From contig CM060733.1 of the NCBI GenBank assembly GCA_030704615.1, positions 23,250,001 to 23,314,000 of the forward strand: a stretch of DNA of 64,000 nucleotides, written 5' to 3'. This stretch comes from Takakia lepidozioides (Eukaryota; Plantae; Bryophyta). Below the pieces are notes generated by a model, which worked only from the letters and a program-made list of their open reading frames with translations, made no database searches and was not told the DNA's origin. Position numbers and translations under genes: made by a program. Shown in pieces: positions 61,801-64,000 of the stretch. The stretch's first letter is position 1. The number at the start of each line of letters is the position of its first letter.

Positions 61801-63755
61801 AAGGTGTGCCTGGGGCTCCACAGCGACGGCTGCCCAATGCCCACCAGTGCGAGAGCCCAAGACCATCGGTACAAACCCCATATTCTCTCACCACTAAAAG
61901 TGCATCAGGCGAGTAGTATTTGAGAGCTGGAGAAGGATCATGGTTTGGATTCTCGGGCATGACTCATTGTAATTCTCTTCACTGCTGACTATATTTGTCT
62001 TAATCTCCACCTTCACAAACATGAAGTGTCTCTGCAAGAGGTTGGAAGTGCGTAAGATAGATGGATCAAGGAAAGGACGTCGTAAAGCTGCTTATTACAG
62101 ATCTTATAGTTCCACATGAAGGATCAGCCTATTAGTGATACTTGTAAGGTTGTTCTTCTCATTTCATGATCTTGAAAAGCTGAGCCTGTGCCATGACTAG
62201 TTCTTGTGTGCTCAGACTCGATTCAAGGTACTACTAGCAGGTTTCAGGGGGAAAACCTACATTGCAGCTGAGGAAAGCCCAAATAGTTTATGGGACAAGA
62301 ATCCAATTAGAAACAATGGAATATGGAAGGGCAAAATGGGTACTGCATAAACAGCAGCAGGCACGCGCCACGATAATGGTTATAGATATATTTCAGGATG
62401 CTTGAGCTGAAAGACTAACGGTGGTTGACCAGAAGCCTCAAGCTAAAGTTTTGATATTCTTCAGTATACTGCATAGAAGATTGAAAGGAAGCGATGATTC
62501 TGGTCTGAATCAACCACTATGATGCGGCTAGTTGCAACCTGCATTGCATTTGAGAGGACCTAACAGAAGTCAATCTGAGAAGTCCTTGGAACATTTGTTG
62601 CACTAGTCAACTGCAAATTGCAGCACTCGTACACATAACCATGAGCATCAATATTTATTGCAGGATCTCGACATTGAACAACCCCAGCATAAAAATAAAA
62701 TAGGTGGAGAAATAGCACAGCTGACAGACCAGGAAACCCAGAGATTGCGCCAGGAAGTCCGGCAACAAGAGTCTCTTATTCGAGGCTATCAGGTAGGTGG
62801 ATACTATCTGGCTCTGAGCATATGGTCTGGATATTGTGGATTTCCTTCTAATAGCAGCCTTATTTTAACACATCACATACTACACTTACCTGGCAGTGTA
62901 CATGGTCTAGACTGTTGGGGGGTAATGAAATGATTTCTGCAACACAGACTAAATTGAAAGGAATTTCCCAGCTCACTTAGACTAAGGATTCCTGAGAGCA
63001 TAACTGGTGGATGTATCTGGTTGATGGTCTGTGTGCTAGCGGTGGGGCTTCATTCCTAAGTCCTGATTGTGTTCTATATTATTTTCTTCAGAGTACAAAA
63101 CAAGATATTACAAGGAGATGTTGCACTGGTTCTAGGCATTGTTAAGTTTGTGGGCCATTCGTGCCATGAGTAGACCGAATAGGACAGACTTCGCATTGCA
63201 TGTGCTTGAACTATGCACCATGTGAACCATTCTAACAGATTCATGGAAAGTTTGACTATGTACACAGTTTTATGTGGTGGAACATTTCACTGCGGTGCCT
63301 TGTTGACGAACTTTGAATTGCCTTCTTGTACGGAATAGACTAGTTTACAGAGTAGTGGTAGACTGATAGCAACATGAAAGAGAGTCCATGTTAGACAAAA
63401 GGGTGACTTTCTCCCAAGAGTCAAGGCACATGATAACCATGGAAGTAGGTAGTTAAGAAAGATCTCAAATTGTATTAAAGGAAAGAGAGGCTAATGGAAC
63501 TACCATCTGTTGTGGATGGATGTGCAGCATGAGAATGAGAAAGCAGTTGGGAAACTAAAGGAAGTCCAGATGGAAGCCAAGGAGGGGGTGCGCATCATGG
63601 CTGAGGAAAATGCAGTGCTTGCGTCACAGCTAATGAATTTGCAACATACTGCTGGACGAAAAAATATGGGCTATGGACCTGGGTCACTTTTGATAAAGGA
63701 GGAACTGCTGGATGTGCTGGCTCATGAAGCCAAACTCAAGGATGAACTTGGCAAG
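55815..63755 (+). CDS. CEP162: CEP162 (QN1)-like coiled-coil centriolar/transition-zone protein, 5' part; continues past the window
   Basis: Exons 61238-61414, 62664-62792 and 63528-63755. The last two splice to LRQEVRQQESLIRGYQ|HENEKAVGKLKEVQ...MAEENAVL, resembling the CEP162 block EIQEQETLLQGYQQENERL...MFKENQ. Upstream exons (55815-, ~55958-56122, ~58840-59930) are low-complexity and uncertain. Confidence 0.68.
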
Positions 63756-64000
63756 GTCTGGTGATCCCTTCTAACCTTAAAGCTATCTTTGTCAACAAAC
63801 AATGAACTCCATGACACAGCTGGGATAACATGCCACGATATTTCACACTTAAGGCCAAGTGTTTTCTTCATTCCCCACTTGCGAACACCAACTGAGTAGC
63901 AAGAATAGAAGTGCTTATGTAATCAAATCGGTGGCTGGCAACGTTCAAATAGCCCTGGCCCTGGAAGAGTCTGGGCTCTGCCTACAGAAAAGAATTTCTA

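Overview
Eukaryotic nuclear DNA from a seed-free land plant (bryophyte, lycophyte or fern type; inferred from PLS/DYW PPR genes plus a CEP162-like ciliary gene; the species cannot be determined). All homology calls come from recognising motifs by eye, not from database searches. The first ~12.3 kb is a cluster of decayed, scrambled PLS-class PPR RNA-editing-factor copies. It also holds an RTEX-like LINE, a CRE-type retroelement end and an isolated ALWAYS EARLY exon, and it is followed by a piggyBac remnant. Next come VIR3 (minus), an inverted PPR fragment, an isolated RAD21-like exon and a DUF688 gene (minus). A ~6 kb TE-rich spacer precedes a ~15-exon ABCG24/28-type transporter (plus), followed by a small unknown TM/coiled-coil gene, SRR1 (plus), VTE4 (minus), a fasciclin-like AGP (minus) and the 5' part of a CEP162-like gene (plus). 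The most striking structure is one ABCG intron (about 37.9-40.8 kb) built from a head-to-tail stack of 3' ends of two different RTEX-like LINE families. They sit at (CT)n tracts, and one 15-bp target appears to have been hit twice, once by each family.
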